From assembly GCF_044704955.1 (NCBI RefSeq), contig NC_091985.1, positions 145,824,001 through 145,888,000 of the forward strand: a DNA stretch of 64,000 nt. Direction: 5' to 3'. The stretch is from Pristiophorus japonicus (Eukaryota). The position numbers and the translations under genes are program-made. The notes beneath the pieces were generated by a model that was not told the DNA's origin, made no database searches, and saw only the letters and a program-made list of their open reading frames with translations. Shown here one piece after another: positions 25,201 through 35,000 of the stretch (its first letter is position 1; every line of letters starts with the position of its first letter).

Positions 25201-28200
25201 GGAAAATTATCACCAATGCATCCACTATTTCTAGGGCCACTTCCTTAAGTACTCAATCTGGAGGGCTGTTAACACAATCACTTGGACATTGAATAAATTT
25301 AAGACCGAGATAGACAGTTTCTTAACCAATAAGTGGTTATGGGGAGCGGGCAGAGAAGTGGACCTGAGTCCATGATCGGATCAGCCATGATCGTATTAAA
25401 TGGCGGAACAGGCTCGAGGAGCCATATGGCCTACGCCTGCTCCTATTTCTTATGTTCACCTCATCAGTGTCAAATTCTAAATCACAACACCAAAATCTGT
25501 TTTATCCACAGCTTTGGACATGCAGATTAAGGGGAACATTGAGCTAAACAAGTGATAAGTGGCCCTGTGGCTGCATGTAGCGCAGCTAAGTGACCCACAA
25601 AGTCAAAAAGCTTGGGCGAAAGCGACAGTGAGCAGACGGAGAGGAATCTTGGATAGTCCTGTCTCCTTGATCTGGCTGCAAACGTTTAAAGTGGAACGAT
25701 GTAGATGGTTGGTTTAGAAATTGCAACACATCAGGCGACTAGAGAGACCCTTGGGATACTCGATGATTTTATTGCAAATTGGACAGGAGGAAACACTTCC
25801 CGAGTCGCAGCTGAGGACATTAGTAAACTTGCAGAATGGGCAAATAATTGGAAGATGAAGTTCAACACAGATAAATGTGAGACGTTACATTTTGGTAGGG
25901 AGGTCATTATTGGAGGGTGAGTCCAGGTGGGGTCGAGGAACAAAGGAATCTCGGAGTACAAATACACGATCACTAAAAGTTGCGACGCAGGTTAACGAGA
26001 CCATTTAAAAAAAAAAGCAAACTGAGCACTAATGCAGATGAGTTCATTGGACATTTAACGAGTGGTGATCTAAATAAGTGAAGCAATAGCGCCCTCTTCA
26101 ATTGCACTATTTAGCAGTATTGTTCTGATACAGAGCCTCATTTAAAGATCAAACTCACCTTCTTGAAAATGGTGAGCTTAAAAGGGCAAAACAAAACTGG
26201 AAATCGGAAATAAAAACACTTGGGATATACGACACAGAAACAGGCCATTCGGCCCAACCAGTCCATGCTGGTGTTTATGCTCCACTCGAGCCTCCCCCTG
26301 TCTTTCCTCGTCTAACTCTATCAGCATAACCTCTATTCCCTTCTCTCTTATACTTGCCTAGCCTCCCATTTAATGCATCTATGCTATTTTCTTCAACCAC
26401 TCCCTGTGGTAGCGAGTTCCACATTCTCATCATTCTTTGGGTAAAGATGTTTCTTCTGAATTCCCTATTGGATTTCTTGGTGACTATCTTATATTGATGG
26501 CCTCTAGTTATGCTCTTCCCCACAAGTGGAAACATCCTCTCTGTATCCACTCTATCAAAACCTTTCATCGTTTTAAAGACCTCTATTAGGTCACCCCTCA
26601 GCCTTATTTTTTCAAGAGAAATTAGATCCAGTTTGTTCATCCTTTCCTGATCGGTATACCCTCACATTTCTGGTATCATCCTTGTTAATCTTCTCTGCAC
26701 CCCCTCCAGTGTCTTAATATCCTTTTTTAATAATATGGAGACCAGAACTGTACGCAGTACTCTGTGTGGTCTAACCAAGGTTTGATACAGGTTAAGCATA
26801 ATTTTCATACTTTTCAATTCTATACCTCTAAGAATAAACTTTAGTGCCTGGTTTGCTTTTTTTATGGCCTTGTTAACCTGCGTCGCAACTTTTAGTGATT
26901 GTGTATTTGTACTCCGAGATCCCTTTGTTCCTTTACCCCACCTAGTCTCTCACCCTCCAAGTAATAAGTGACCTCCCCATTCTTCCTACCAAAATGTAAC
27001 GTCTCACATTTATTGTGTTGAACTTCATCTTCCAATCATATGCCCATTCTGCAAGTTTACTAATGTCCTCCTGTAATTTGTTGCAGTCCTCCTCAGTATT
27101 GACTATCCCCTCTCTTTTTCTCCCAGCCCCCCCCCAATTTGGTGTCATCTGCAAATTTAGAAATTGTGTTTTCGATTCAAACTATTGAAAATACACAGCG
27201 GGTCACTCAGCATCTTTGAAAAGAAAAGATGGGGAGTAATGTTTTGGTTAGACATTCTGTGACACCCAACATATTAACCCATCTGTTCAGGTGCTGTCGG
27301 ACCCTGCTGTGTATTTCCCGTGTTCTTGTTTCTATTCCTTGAAAGTTGCGGGTGCCTTTCTGCTGCAGTCGTGTTTGTCGCTGTTGAATATTGCCTTGTT
27401 TATATGTTTGTGGCTTCAAGCGATCTCCAGCTGTCTGTGCCGCTGTTTATTTTGGGGTAAGGGCTGTTTTTAAAATCCTGAGTTCCATAGTTGGCAAGCT
27501 CAGCTTTTTTTACTGCAGGCAAGATTGCAAACCCACGGGTAGGTGTGGAACTCGGGATTCTTAAATGATGAGACACGTACAAATCATTTCTAAAACTTTT
27601 TTTAAAATTGTATTTTGTGACCTTTTCGTTCCTATTTAACCCTGGAAATTAAATGATCGGGATCAGTAATGGTGTCGACAGATTTTTCCCCCCTCCTAGC
27701 TGTAATTTTGACCTCCCTCTTTCCCCCCCACCATTGTAACATGCTCTGTCTTTAACTTCCTTCCCTCCCTCCTCCCCTTGTTCTGCCAAGTGCCCCTTCC
27801 CACTCTTCCAACGCCTCAGTTCGTGCAGGTCCATGTGTTCGTGAACATCAGTGCTTCCTCTGCCTTGTGATCTCAGTATGAAATTGAATTATAATTTCAA
27901 TGAGCGCAGTATTTAATAATATGTTCTGCCCCTCCCTGTTTAGGGCCTCGAAGCAGAGCGGGGAGAGGAGACGACGAGCCAAGTGCAATTCACAAATGCC
28001 AGGTATGGTGTTTACATTTGTGGGGAGTCCAAAACTCAAGGTCATAAATACATGATGGCCACTAATAAATCCAGTCAGTAATTCAGGAGAAACTTGTTTA
28101 CTCCTCGAGGGTGGTGAGAATGTGGAACTCACCATCTCACGAGACATTTAAGGGGAAGCTAGATAAACACATGAGGAAGGAAAGAGTAGAAGTGTACGGT

Positions 28201-31200
28201 GAGAGGAAGCTCATATGGTGCATAAAAACCAGTACAGCCCTGGGACAAATGACCTGTTTCTGTGCTGTAAAATTCTCTAACTCTCGCCTGAAATAGAGTA
28301 CAGCTGGGAACAACGATCACATTGGCTGGGAATTCTCTTTCGGCCTGCTACTCGGTCCAGTTTAAACCTCAGGGAAAGAAGGATGGCCTAACTCAATGGG
28401 GGTGTCACTGCATTAGAGGCTAGAGCTGAGAAAAGTCTCACTGTTAGCAGAAGAGCCCGCCTTTAATTTTAACAAGTAGGCACATCTGCAGAATGCCAGA
28501 TGCGGGTTTTGAAAATATTGGCCGGGTATAGGAACCAAACCTAGCCAATCGTTCAACTGACTCGATTCTGCATTTCCAATGGAAATTGTTTGTCCCTAAC
28601 AGGCACCCAAACGATAATTCTTGCACTGATTTCCTGATCCCAATAATGTTCTGAAATTGGATATTCTAAGCTCTGCAGTTATCAGTATTGCATTTTATTT
28701 TATCTTATTTAGTTTGCTCCTCCCAATTATTTCTTGCTCTTGCAAATTGACAAAGCAAAAAAAAAAGGTAAATATTCTCAAATGGTCTATAATTTAATTA
28801 AACCATGACTGCCGTTTCAAACTGCATGTAGCAGATAATATGGAGCTCTCTCAACACCACAGTGGCTCGTTACATGCCCAACTTGTCATACCGACCAGAG
28901 AGGTTTTGTGCTGAGTAAACTCATCTCACTAATGACATCACTGACCTGGGCTAGGGAGGGAGAAAATGAGCTGATGGGTTTTACTCCTGCTCACTATCTA
29001 ATGACCCGTGTTGGAGTCTGGCTCTGCTCTGTGGGTCTGTATCTGTGTGTAATTAATTATTGTGCTATTGCTTCATCGTATGTAAAAACCTGCACTTTGT
29101 AGACTAGATAATTATGAGAAGGTGGTGCACGATATTTCAATCTTTGTAGACTTTAATACATGGGTAATAGTGATTTCTGTCTGACATTGCAGGTCTCTCA
29201 CGGTAAAGCAGGGAGGGTTACAGTCTCCCTCTGTCTGTCGCGGAGAGACCTATAGTAACTGAGGAACATCGCTGTGACAGCCCAGAGCTGCTGGCTGCCA
29301 TATTTTCCGGCCTCTTACAGTTTATGGACTTGATGCCGTGCGGGTAAAATAAATAAGTGAAGCAGTGCTTGGTGGCTCAGTTAGAATTCCCTACCTGATC
29401 ACTGTGGGAGCACCATCAGCACACGGACTGCAGCAATTCAAGGAGAAGGCCCACCACCACCTTGGGGCCACTCGGGATGGGCAATACATGCCGGCCTTGC
29501 CAGCGTCACCCACATCCCTAACACTTCTGGGTCTTTGGTGAAGCGGAAACAGGCGACAGTGAATCGGCAGCCTGATTCCTAAGTCAAGAATATTGGTTGC
29601 GGTGTAAAGGGGCTGCCGATTCGCTGAAGACCAGTTTCATCCCCTTGACGTCTAGGCTCGCGCATGAGGAATGTGCACCTGGGCAAATAACCAGAGGGGT
29701 AAACTATTCCAGTGTGAATCAGTGCCTTCAGAGGAGAAAATGGGGGCGGGGAGAGAGCAAACTGCATGGAAATGGTCATGGGATTGATAGATGCGTGTGG
29801 TTCTGAGCTCAGGAGGTCCTAGCCCGGTCAATCCCACAACTAGTGTATCTAGCTGATCTCAGCCAAGGAGCGGTAAGGGAATGACGCATCCCAGGAGCGA
29901 GGGGGGCAGAAATAGCCAGATTTCTCTCTCTCGATAATTGTCCAGTGATCTCTGCTGGAAAGTAGATGTCAAACGGGGATGGAATTAGTCTCCAGTATGA
30001 TCTGCCGCAGTGGTCAAATAGCTTGCAGACATGGCCGTCATGTAAATAGCGGCTGTCATGGTTGGTGGGTGTGGTAATGGAGGGTCATCTGTACCTGTGA
30101 GACTTGCCTCACCCCCAAAGCACGGTTCAGTGCTTTGAGAGGAGAGGAAAGGGAGTAAAAGCAAGTCCAGGAACCCATGGAAGCATTGTGAAAGGTACAG
30201 TCCTCGTTTCGGTCTGTATCGGGTCAGGCAACTAGTGTCCCCAGGCGCGCTCAATTGGGTAAGGTTCCCACTATTGATGACCATCTATCAGTCCCTATTT
30301 GAAGTGTGCACGTGCAGACATTAGCCTAGGAGAGGATCGGGTTTATCTGTAACATCCTCATGTTCAAATTGGCTCTCACCGTCTTAAGTTAACAGGAGCA
30401 GCGCTTGGCAAAGTGGCTGACAGCTGGCAGGGCCTGTGGGATCGTGCCTACGTCTCTGCTGCTGGGGAGGTGAGGGGGGGAAAAGTATGATTCGTCACCT
30501 TTCCATTTCCAGCACTGCCGTGGAGAACTCGGTGTTCATTTCCCAACTCCGTGGGGAATTACAGACCAATTCACGGCATAGCACGTTGAGGGAAATGAAA
30601 GCTGATGTCGGGGAGGTAGAAACCTGGGCCTTGGAGAGATGTTGGGCAATAAAGTACAACAAATAAGTAACAAAGCTTTTAAAACTAGATCCCCAAAGGA
30701 TTTCATTCAAGCCTTGGCTGGATAATACAGTTCCAAATGATCTAAACAAACTTTTCTTCCATTCCCTGCCCGCAGGTTGAGATTTAAAAATGTGAAGGGG
30801 AAATCTGCAAAGAGAAGCAGGGACTGGATTCTGGAGAAGAAAGAGCGTCGAAGGCGTCAGGGAAGGTGAGGGGATTGTGTGCCGAGGCGTTTACTGCATG
30901 TAACAAGAAAAATCTCAGCATGGTGAACATGTTATCTCCCTGCCCTTCTCTTGACCTGTTCACAGCATGCTTAACCTGTCCGATCATTAGGCCGAACCTA
31001 TGTGCGCCCTTGCAGTGTTGTTCGTGCATGGAATGAGACTTGGGTTGCTGCTGCGCTTTAAGATACGTTGTTCCGTTCCTCTCGTTCGCTCCATCCCGAG
31101 ATGAAATTGCTCCTTCGGGCATTTGTTTTTATACTGTCTGTTCATGTTGATTTATGCTCGGAAAAAAATTGAATCGTTCAGTAATTTGAATTAAGCAACT

Positions 31201-31988
31201 TGCATCATATAACATAGTGGGAATTTAGTGCTTAAAAATGGAATTAGGCAACCTTGGATTACGAGTAGACTGTATTTTATGATTTAGGCGTCCAGCTTGC
31301 CACCAAGCACAATTCCAGCCTGCAGTAACCAGATTTACAAATGCTGCATTAGTACCTTTCCTGAGTCAGAAGGCTTGTCTGAGGCAGGAGCTGGAGAAAT
31401 TGAACACCACTTTCCCTGCTGTGGATTCCAAAGCAGAACTCCACACCCAGTGTGTGTGCTTCAGCATTGTCTCTTCCTCTGGGATACAATATGGAAATAA
31501 AACAAAAACAGTATTTCCAATAAATCTCAAACATCTCCATTCCCTTTACAGAAAATGTCCTGATCTTGACTGTACCTCTTCCTCAGAACATAATGGAAGT
31601 TACCCCTATCCTTAGCTCAGTGGAAGTGTTGGCTTGTTCTCTTTCAGAATCATTCAAATTACAGCACAGAAGGTGGCCAATCGGCCCATCATCCTTGGGC
31701 GAGTGGTATCTCCAACTGGCCCTGTCCATTCTAATCCTGTTCACCTGCCCTTTTCCTTTCAGCTTCTACAAATGAGTATGGCTTGGATATCTGTTTACTT
31801 CAAGTACAATCCACTTTGAAGTAAATTGGAGACACATTGTGAATGGGTATTTGTATATGTAGGGTGCAGTTTCAAGGTTGATGTACACAACAGTAGTGTG
31901 CAGGTTTTTAAATATTCTGTTCTCCCTCCCTAGGACTGTTCGAAATGACACAAAATACACCGGAAGGAAGAGGAAGACACGTTTTTAG
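3549..31988 (+). CDS. BUD23: BUD23 (WBSCR22) 18S rRNA guanine-N7 methyltransferase; 12 coding exons, 846 nt, 281 aa
   Basis: Exons 3549-3596, 4462-4499, 5410-5505, 6695-6777, 13198-13294, 14819-14915, 16015-16065, 18098-18183, 19552-19597, 27944-28002, 30776-30865, 31934-31988. All introns GT-AG with consistent phases. Motifs [18 protein letters not shown] (SAM binding) and [10 protein letters not shown]. Confidence 0.97.
3721..4320. repeat. Minisatellite in BUD23 intron 1, ~30-bp unit (caataccctccgtgtgagggttcacccc)
   Basis: Visible tandem units, each with the inverted repeat accctc/gagggt. Confidence 0.93.
4462..4499 (+). CDS. BUD23: BUD23 exon 2 ([13 protein letters not shown])
   Basis: ttcag acceptor, GTAAGT donor. 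Confidence 0.95.
5410..5505 (+). CDS. BUD23: BUD23 exon 3 ([32 protein letters not shown])
   Basis: cacag acceptor, GTAGG donor. Confidence 0.96.
5750..6082 (+). mobile_element. Old tRNA-headed SINE, LF-SINE-like; related copy at ~21555-21860
   Basis: tRNA-like head and co-linear motifs (ccagccc, cctatgtga, cagcagaggcc) resembling the recalled LF-SINE consensus. Confidence 0.45.
6085..6345 (+). mobile_element. L2 LINE 3' fragment
   Basis: [28 protein letters not shown]; similar to 61410-61680. Confidence 0.85.
6695..6777 (+). CDS. BUD23: BUD23 exon 4 ([27 protein letters not shown])
   Basis: ttccag acceptor, GTAGGT donor. Confidence 0.96.
7120..7352 (-). mobile_element. CR1 3' end fragment
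   Basis: Similar to the 3' end at 26230-26440. Confidence 0.7.
8100..8620 (+). repeat. CR1 3' fragment with an internal ~50-bp tandem expansion (ttaaagggtatggggagtgagcaggagagtggaattagactgggtggga), about 6 copies
   Basis: Repeated units at 8240-8560, ending in the CR1 hairpin gatgggccgaatggc. Confidence 0.7.
8621..12895 (-). mobile_element. Near full-length CR1-clade LINE: ORF1 SGNH/GDSL esterase, ORF2 APE endonuclease + RT (frameshifted), (ttcttatg)n tail
   Basis: ORF1 motifs [20 protein letters not shown] (12096-12838). APE motifs YLNARSI, GDFN, SDHN (11266-12018). RT motifs [13 protein letters not shown] (9798-10391). C-terminus 8809-9336. Confidence 0.95.
9342..9721 (+). mobile_element. 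5'-truncated Tx1/L1-clade LINE 3' end inserted in the CR1, with 16-bp TSD
   Basis: TSD ttcatgcacaaggacc at 9326-9341 and 9722-9737. Open frame [48 protein letters not shown]...ILI* (9342-9533) followed by a T-rich 3' UTR. Confidence 0.75.
13198..13294 (+). CDS. BUD23: BUD23 exon 5 ([33 protein letters not shown])
   Basis: gatag acceptor, GTAATG donor. Confidence 0.96.
14345..14757 (+). mobile_element. CR1 3' end
   Basis: Near-identical to 53850-54265. Confidence 0.9.
14819..14915 (+). CDS. BUD23: BUD23 exon 6 ([32 protein letters not shown])
   Basis: ctcag acceptor, GTAAGC donor. Confidence 0.96.
15002..15533 (-). mobile_element. CR1 3' end
   Basis: [22 protein letters not shown]...VVNLWNSLP; similar to 46910-47440. 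Confidence 0.9.
16015..16065 (+). CDS. BUD23: BUD23 exon 7 ([17 protein letters not shown])
   Basis: tacag acceptor, GTTGGT donor. Confidence 0.96.
16590..16965 (+). mobile_element. CR1 3' end
   Basis: Reverse complement of the 46340-46700 family (gcctgaaagggtggtggaagcagattc). Confidence 0.8.
17765..17955 (-). mobile_element. DeuSINE/SacSINE-like fragment
   Basis: Reverse-complement similarity to 18320-18500. Confidence 0.6.
18098..18183 (+). CDS. BUD23: BUD23 exon 8 ([29 protein letters not shown])
   Basis: ttcag acceptor, GTGAGC donor. Confidence 0.96.
18300..18708 (+). mobile_element. tRNA-derived SINE with Deu-like core and L2-type tail (SacSINE1-like)
   Basis: B-box gggttcaagtccc, core gtactgagggag...cagatgag, tail aaatgcaagttc. 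Related copies at ~3170, 19410, 38140, 42105, 51370 and 51750. Confidence 0.75.
19552..19597 (+). CDS. BUD23: BUD23 exon 9 ([15 protein letters not shown])
   Basis: tctcag acceptor, GTAACT donor. Confidence 0.94.
21176..21350. repeat. Minisatellite, ~35-bp unit (gtcgttaactagtgtacctgctaccgggcagggct), about 5 copies
   Basis: Visible tandem units. Confidence 0.9.
21870..23078 (+). mobile_element. L2 LINE 3' portion (degenerate RT, YADD)
   Basis: [13 protein letters not shown] and [12 protein letters not shown]; tail ggctctatataaataaaagttgttg. Confidence 0.92.
23726..25253 (-). mobile_element. CR1 LINE 3' portion with RT
   Basis: ORF 24070-25080 ([15 protein letters not shown]); (tttctatg)n tail. 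Confidence 0.95.
25284..25455 (+). mobile_element. CR1 3' end
   Basis: Matches 14580-14755. Confidence 0.85.
25812..26030 (+). mobile_element. CR1 internal RT fragment
   Basis: [22 protein letters not shown]; inverted relative to 26860-27075. Confidence 0.8.
26228..27178 (-). mobile_element. CR1 LINE 3' portion (different subfamily)
   Basis: ORFs 26275-26640 and 26942-27154. Confidence 0.9.
27944..28002 (+). CDS. BUD23: BUD23 exon 10 ([20 protein letters not shown])
   Basis: tttag acceptor, GTATGG donor; phases fit both neighbours. Confidence 0.9.
28008..28275 (+). mobile_element. Degenerate CR1 3' fragment abutting the exon 10 donor
   Basis: RVVRMWNS-like segment and CR1 tail. Confidence 0.7.
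29189..29322 (+). ncRNA. Box H/ACA guide RNA (snoRNA/scaRNA) in BUD23 intron 10
   Basis: Hairpin 1 (aggtctctc/gagagacct), H box ATAGTA at 29252-29257, hairpin 2 (gagg/cctc; tgtgacagcc/ggctgccata), ACA at 29317-29319, 14-nt pocket-to-ACA spacing, ~133 nt, sense to the host gene. Confidence 0.8.
30776..30865 (+). CDS. BUD23: BUD23 exon 11 ([30 protein letters not shown])
   Basis: cgcag acceptor, GTGAGG donor. Confidence 0.96.
31934..31988 (+). CDS. BUD23: BUD23 exon 12 coding part ([17 protein letters not shown])
   Basis: ccctag acceptor, TAG stop at 31986-31988. Confidence 0.96.
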
Positions 31989-33500
31989 GGTGGAAGTGGC
32001 TGGCGACATTTTGTTCTCTGCTTGTAGAGTTTTATTTGATTGATTTTGTGCCGCCTTTCAAGCTGCTGAAATTGCAAAATACCCCAGGACTGAGAGTGGC
32101 CCTGATATCCCCCTGCAACCCTAGACAATGATAAATTCACAACTCCACAAGGACCTGCATTGGATGATGGCTGTGCCAAACCATTCCCAGGACAGAGTTC
32201 CATTTCTGAGGAACTTCATAAGTGACTCATTGGTTTTGTGAATAGTCAACACTGAGAGTGGAGCCCACTTCCTCCTGTCTCCATCTCTACTTCCTTTTAT
32301 GGGGTGGGTTTCAGAATTCTGAGTATCCCAGGCTGTTCAGTCCCTGACCACACAGCTTAAAGTGTGTGCGCGACGGAACCTGCATAACAATACATCAAGA
32401 AAAAGTGTCACCTCCTTCAAACCCTTTTGTTTTTAAAATAGTGAGAGTGCTGAAGACATTAATTCCTCGATAACTGATCCCACTCCCTGCTGCTTCAGTG
32501 AATGATGGCAGGTGAGACACCAGCATTGTACAAAAATGATATTTATACTCCCCACCTGCAGTTAAAAGTGGAATCTTTAACCAGGCAGTTGAACAATTTA
32601 ATCTGGTGGGGGTGTGTGTGAAGTATCTGCTGGTGAGAATTTCAGCTAATTATTTTTGTCTGTATCCAAGTAAAATACAGTCCCTGGTTCTGATAAAGTG
32701 ATCAGTTTTTCTAATTCAATCCTGCTCCAGTTGGTATCTGAAAGATCCCATTATTGATTCAGCTGTGAAGAATGCTTGCTTTATGGGGAAATTAATGTGC
32801 CAGACTGAACTGAGGCAGTGTGAGGTTCTGTTAATACAGATGTTTGAATATTTGAGTAACAAACTTTACTCTGCTCATGTTTGAGTTGTACTGGTGAGAA
32901 CCGTTGGTGAACTTTAGTGAAGAATGGTGGCATTTTCTATTTTGACGAGTGTCCTCAAATGCAGGTATATAAGATTTGAATTGATGGTCTGCCCTCATCT
33001 CTTAATGGGAAGAGTTCCTGTGAAGATGAATACTGTGCCTATTATCTCATCCCATCCTGTTCCCTGCAGTTTAATAATTAGAGTATGAGGCCGTGTTGAC
33101 TACATGATAAAGGGATGGATTGGTGTTACCAAAGCCAAGGCGTTTAGTTGGCCCAGTATATAAGATGCGCGCAGGTACATGCTGCAGCTCCCTCAGAGCA
33201 AACAGGGCATCGCATTTAATCTCATTGTATAAACAGGCACTTATTGACCAAAATAACTTTGTTAGGATCACTTCCTCTGACAGCTTGCTTCCGTTCTATC
33301 CCCAAATTCACGTGAGGAGAGTTTACACGTCAGCATGTGGTGGCAGCGTGGTTTGTAGAATGGGGAGCTCGTGACCGAGCATCCATAATCAGCAGCGACA
33401 GCACTCTATCCTGGGGAAAGAACATTTCTATTAACTATGGATGTTGGGTAAAGAACTCACCCTTTTACTGCATTTTTCCAATACATGTAACCATTTTGTA

Positions 33501-33506
33501 AATAAA
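33501..33506 (+). terminator. Candidate BUD23 polyadenylation signal AATAAA
   Basis: AATAAA followed by a GT-rich tract at ~33530-33555. Confidence 0.45.
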
Positions 33507-33805
33507 AGGACAGTTGCTGCCACTCCAAGGTGTTTAATGTTCATGTTTCACTGTTCATAGATTGCATTTATAATTTGTCCCAATTCTCATGTCTGATGCT
33601 GGAGAGAATCTCTGCATCTCTACATTAAAACCCACCTCTTGGTGCAAATCCTTCCTATTCTCATCTTTGGCTGGCTGTCCATTTTTTGATCATGCCTCAG
33701 GATATTTTTCTATATTGAAGTCAAGGTCATCTGTACCAAGAAGCAGGCAGGCTGAAGAATTGTGAAATCATCTACCACTATTGACACCAGTTTAAAATAT
33801 ACACT

Positions 33806-33811
33806 TTTATT
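33806..33811 (-). terminator. Candidate RNASET2 polyadenylation signal AATAAA
   Basis: tttatt on +, ~1 kb downstream of the RNASET2 stop. Confidence 0.4.
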
Positions 33812-34808
33812 TTAAATGAACTCCTTCATTTACTAAATTACAGATTTGAAATGTTACACAAGACACAAACGAGTTTCAGAATTTTTAGAAATGGATCTGG
33901 AAACAATAGTGACTTTACTTGAGGCAGAACAGTTCCCCACTGTCTGGGATACTAAGTTTGATTTAATCATTCATTGGAAAAGTATATTGAAAGCTTTAAA
34001 ACCCATCTTAAATCTCAACATTTTTTAGAAGCCCACAGTGCTGATCAGAGATGACTCTAGCTAGTGAGATGAAGCAAGTGAGACTTCCCCTTCTACTGAA
34101 AGAGCACACAGTGCAGATTGAATGTTGTGCGACCTGGCCAGGGTTGTGAGGAAGCCCCAGGTTGAAGGCACGTCTGAGCTGTTCTTGTGCACCCAGAAGC
34201 AAGAGGCTGAGGCCTGGTACAAGCTCAGGCACACAGCCCTGGAGAGCAAGAGGACGTCTCAGCTGATGTGGGGAGGGGAAAAACAAACTATAAATTGCTA
34301 AAGCTTTAAGTTGAACACCTCGTTGCATTCCTCATCCTGCAGGTAGGTTTTACTTTCTGTTCAGTACTTTGGTTTCCTCTCCCAGTACCAGCCCCCTGAT
34401 TAAATGCATTGCAAGTCCAACACCAAATGTCATGACAAAATAAACTGGTCACTATAATTTACAGGTTAATCTAGCCCCACAATAAGGCAAGCCCATTTTA
34501 AAAGGAGAGCGATATAAAAGATTTAAGCTACACAATCTATTTTAAAAATCTTTTGTCTTGAGTAATGCCGCACAAAAATCTGTGCTCGTGTTAGTGCAAG
34601 TGGTATTGGAGATGGAAATACCTTAAACTTAGAGATTAAAAAGGACATTAACTGCTAGAAATTCTTAGGACACTGACTAATCCACTGTGCTTTGACACTA
34701 TTCAAACTGACAGACCATATTCTGTGTGGGATTGCAAGGGCAGCAATATACTGTAGCGACCTGGAGTACACAATACCAGCACTGTAACTAGTGCATTCTC
34801 TCACACCC

Positions 34809-35000
34809 TCAATACAGGTGGTCTATCGGAGGGTAAGAGATTTTCAGGTTAGGGTCACACTCGGAAAAGTCTGCAGAGGTACTGTGCTGTCTATCATTCT
34901 TGGAGACGAGCATGTTGGGTGCAGCCTCTATGCAGTTCTGCAGCTGAAATTCTTTGTTGAAACAGAGTTCGATCTGACCCAGTGTTTGCACTGCCGCAGC
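34809..35000 (-). CDS. RNASET2: RNASET2 coding exon 9 (AAAVQTLGQIELCFNKEF...YPPIDHLY*)
   Basis: ccacag acceptor, TGA stop. Confidence 0.94.
   Translation of the reverse strand, partial: AAAVQTLGQIELCFNKEFQLQNCIEAAPNMLVSKNDRQHSTSADFSECDPNLKISYPPIDHLY

Noticed and set aside
29193-29342. Cassette exon in BUD23 intron 10 (ttgcag acceptor)
   Set aside because: Weak pyrimidine tract; the H/ACA structure explains the segment better.
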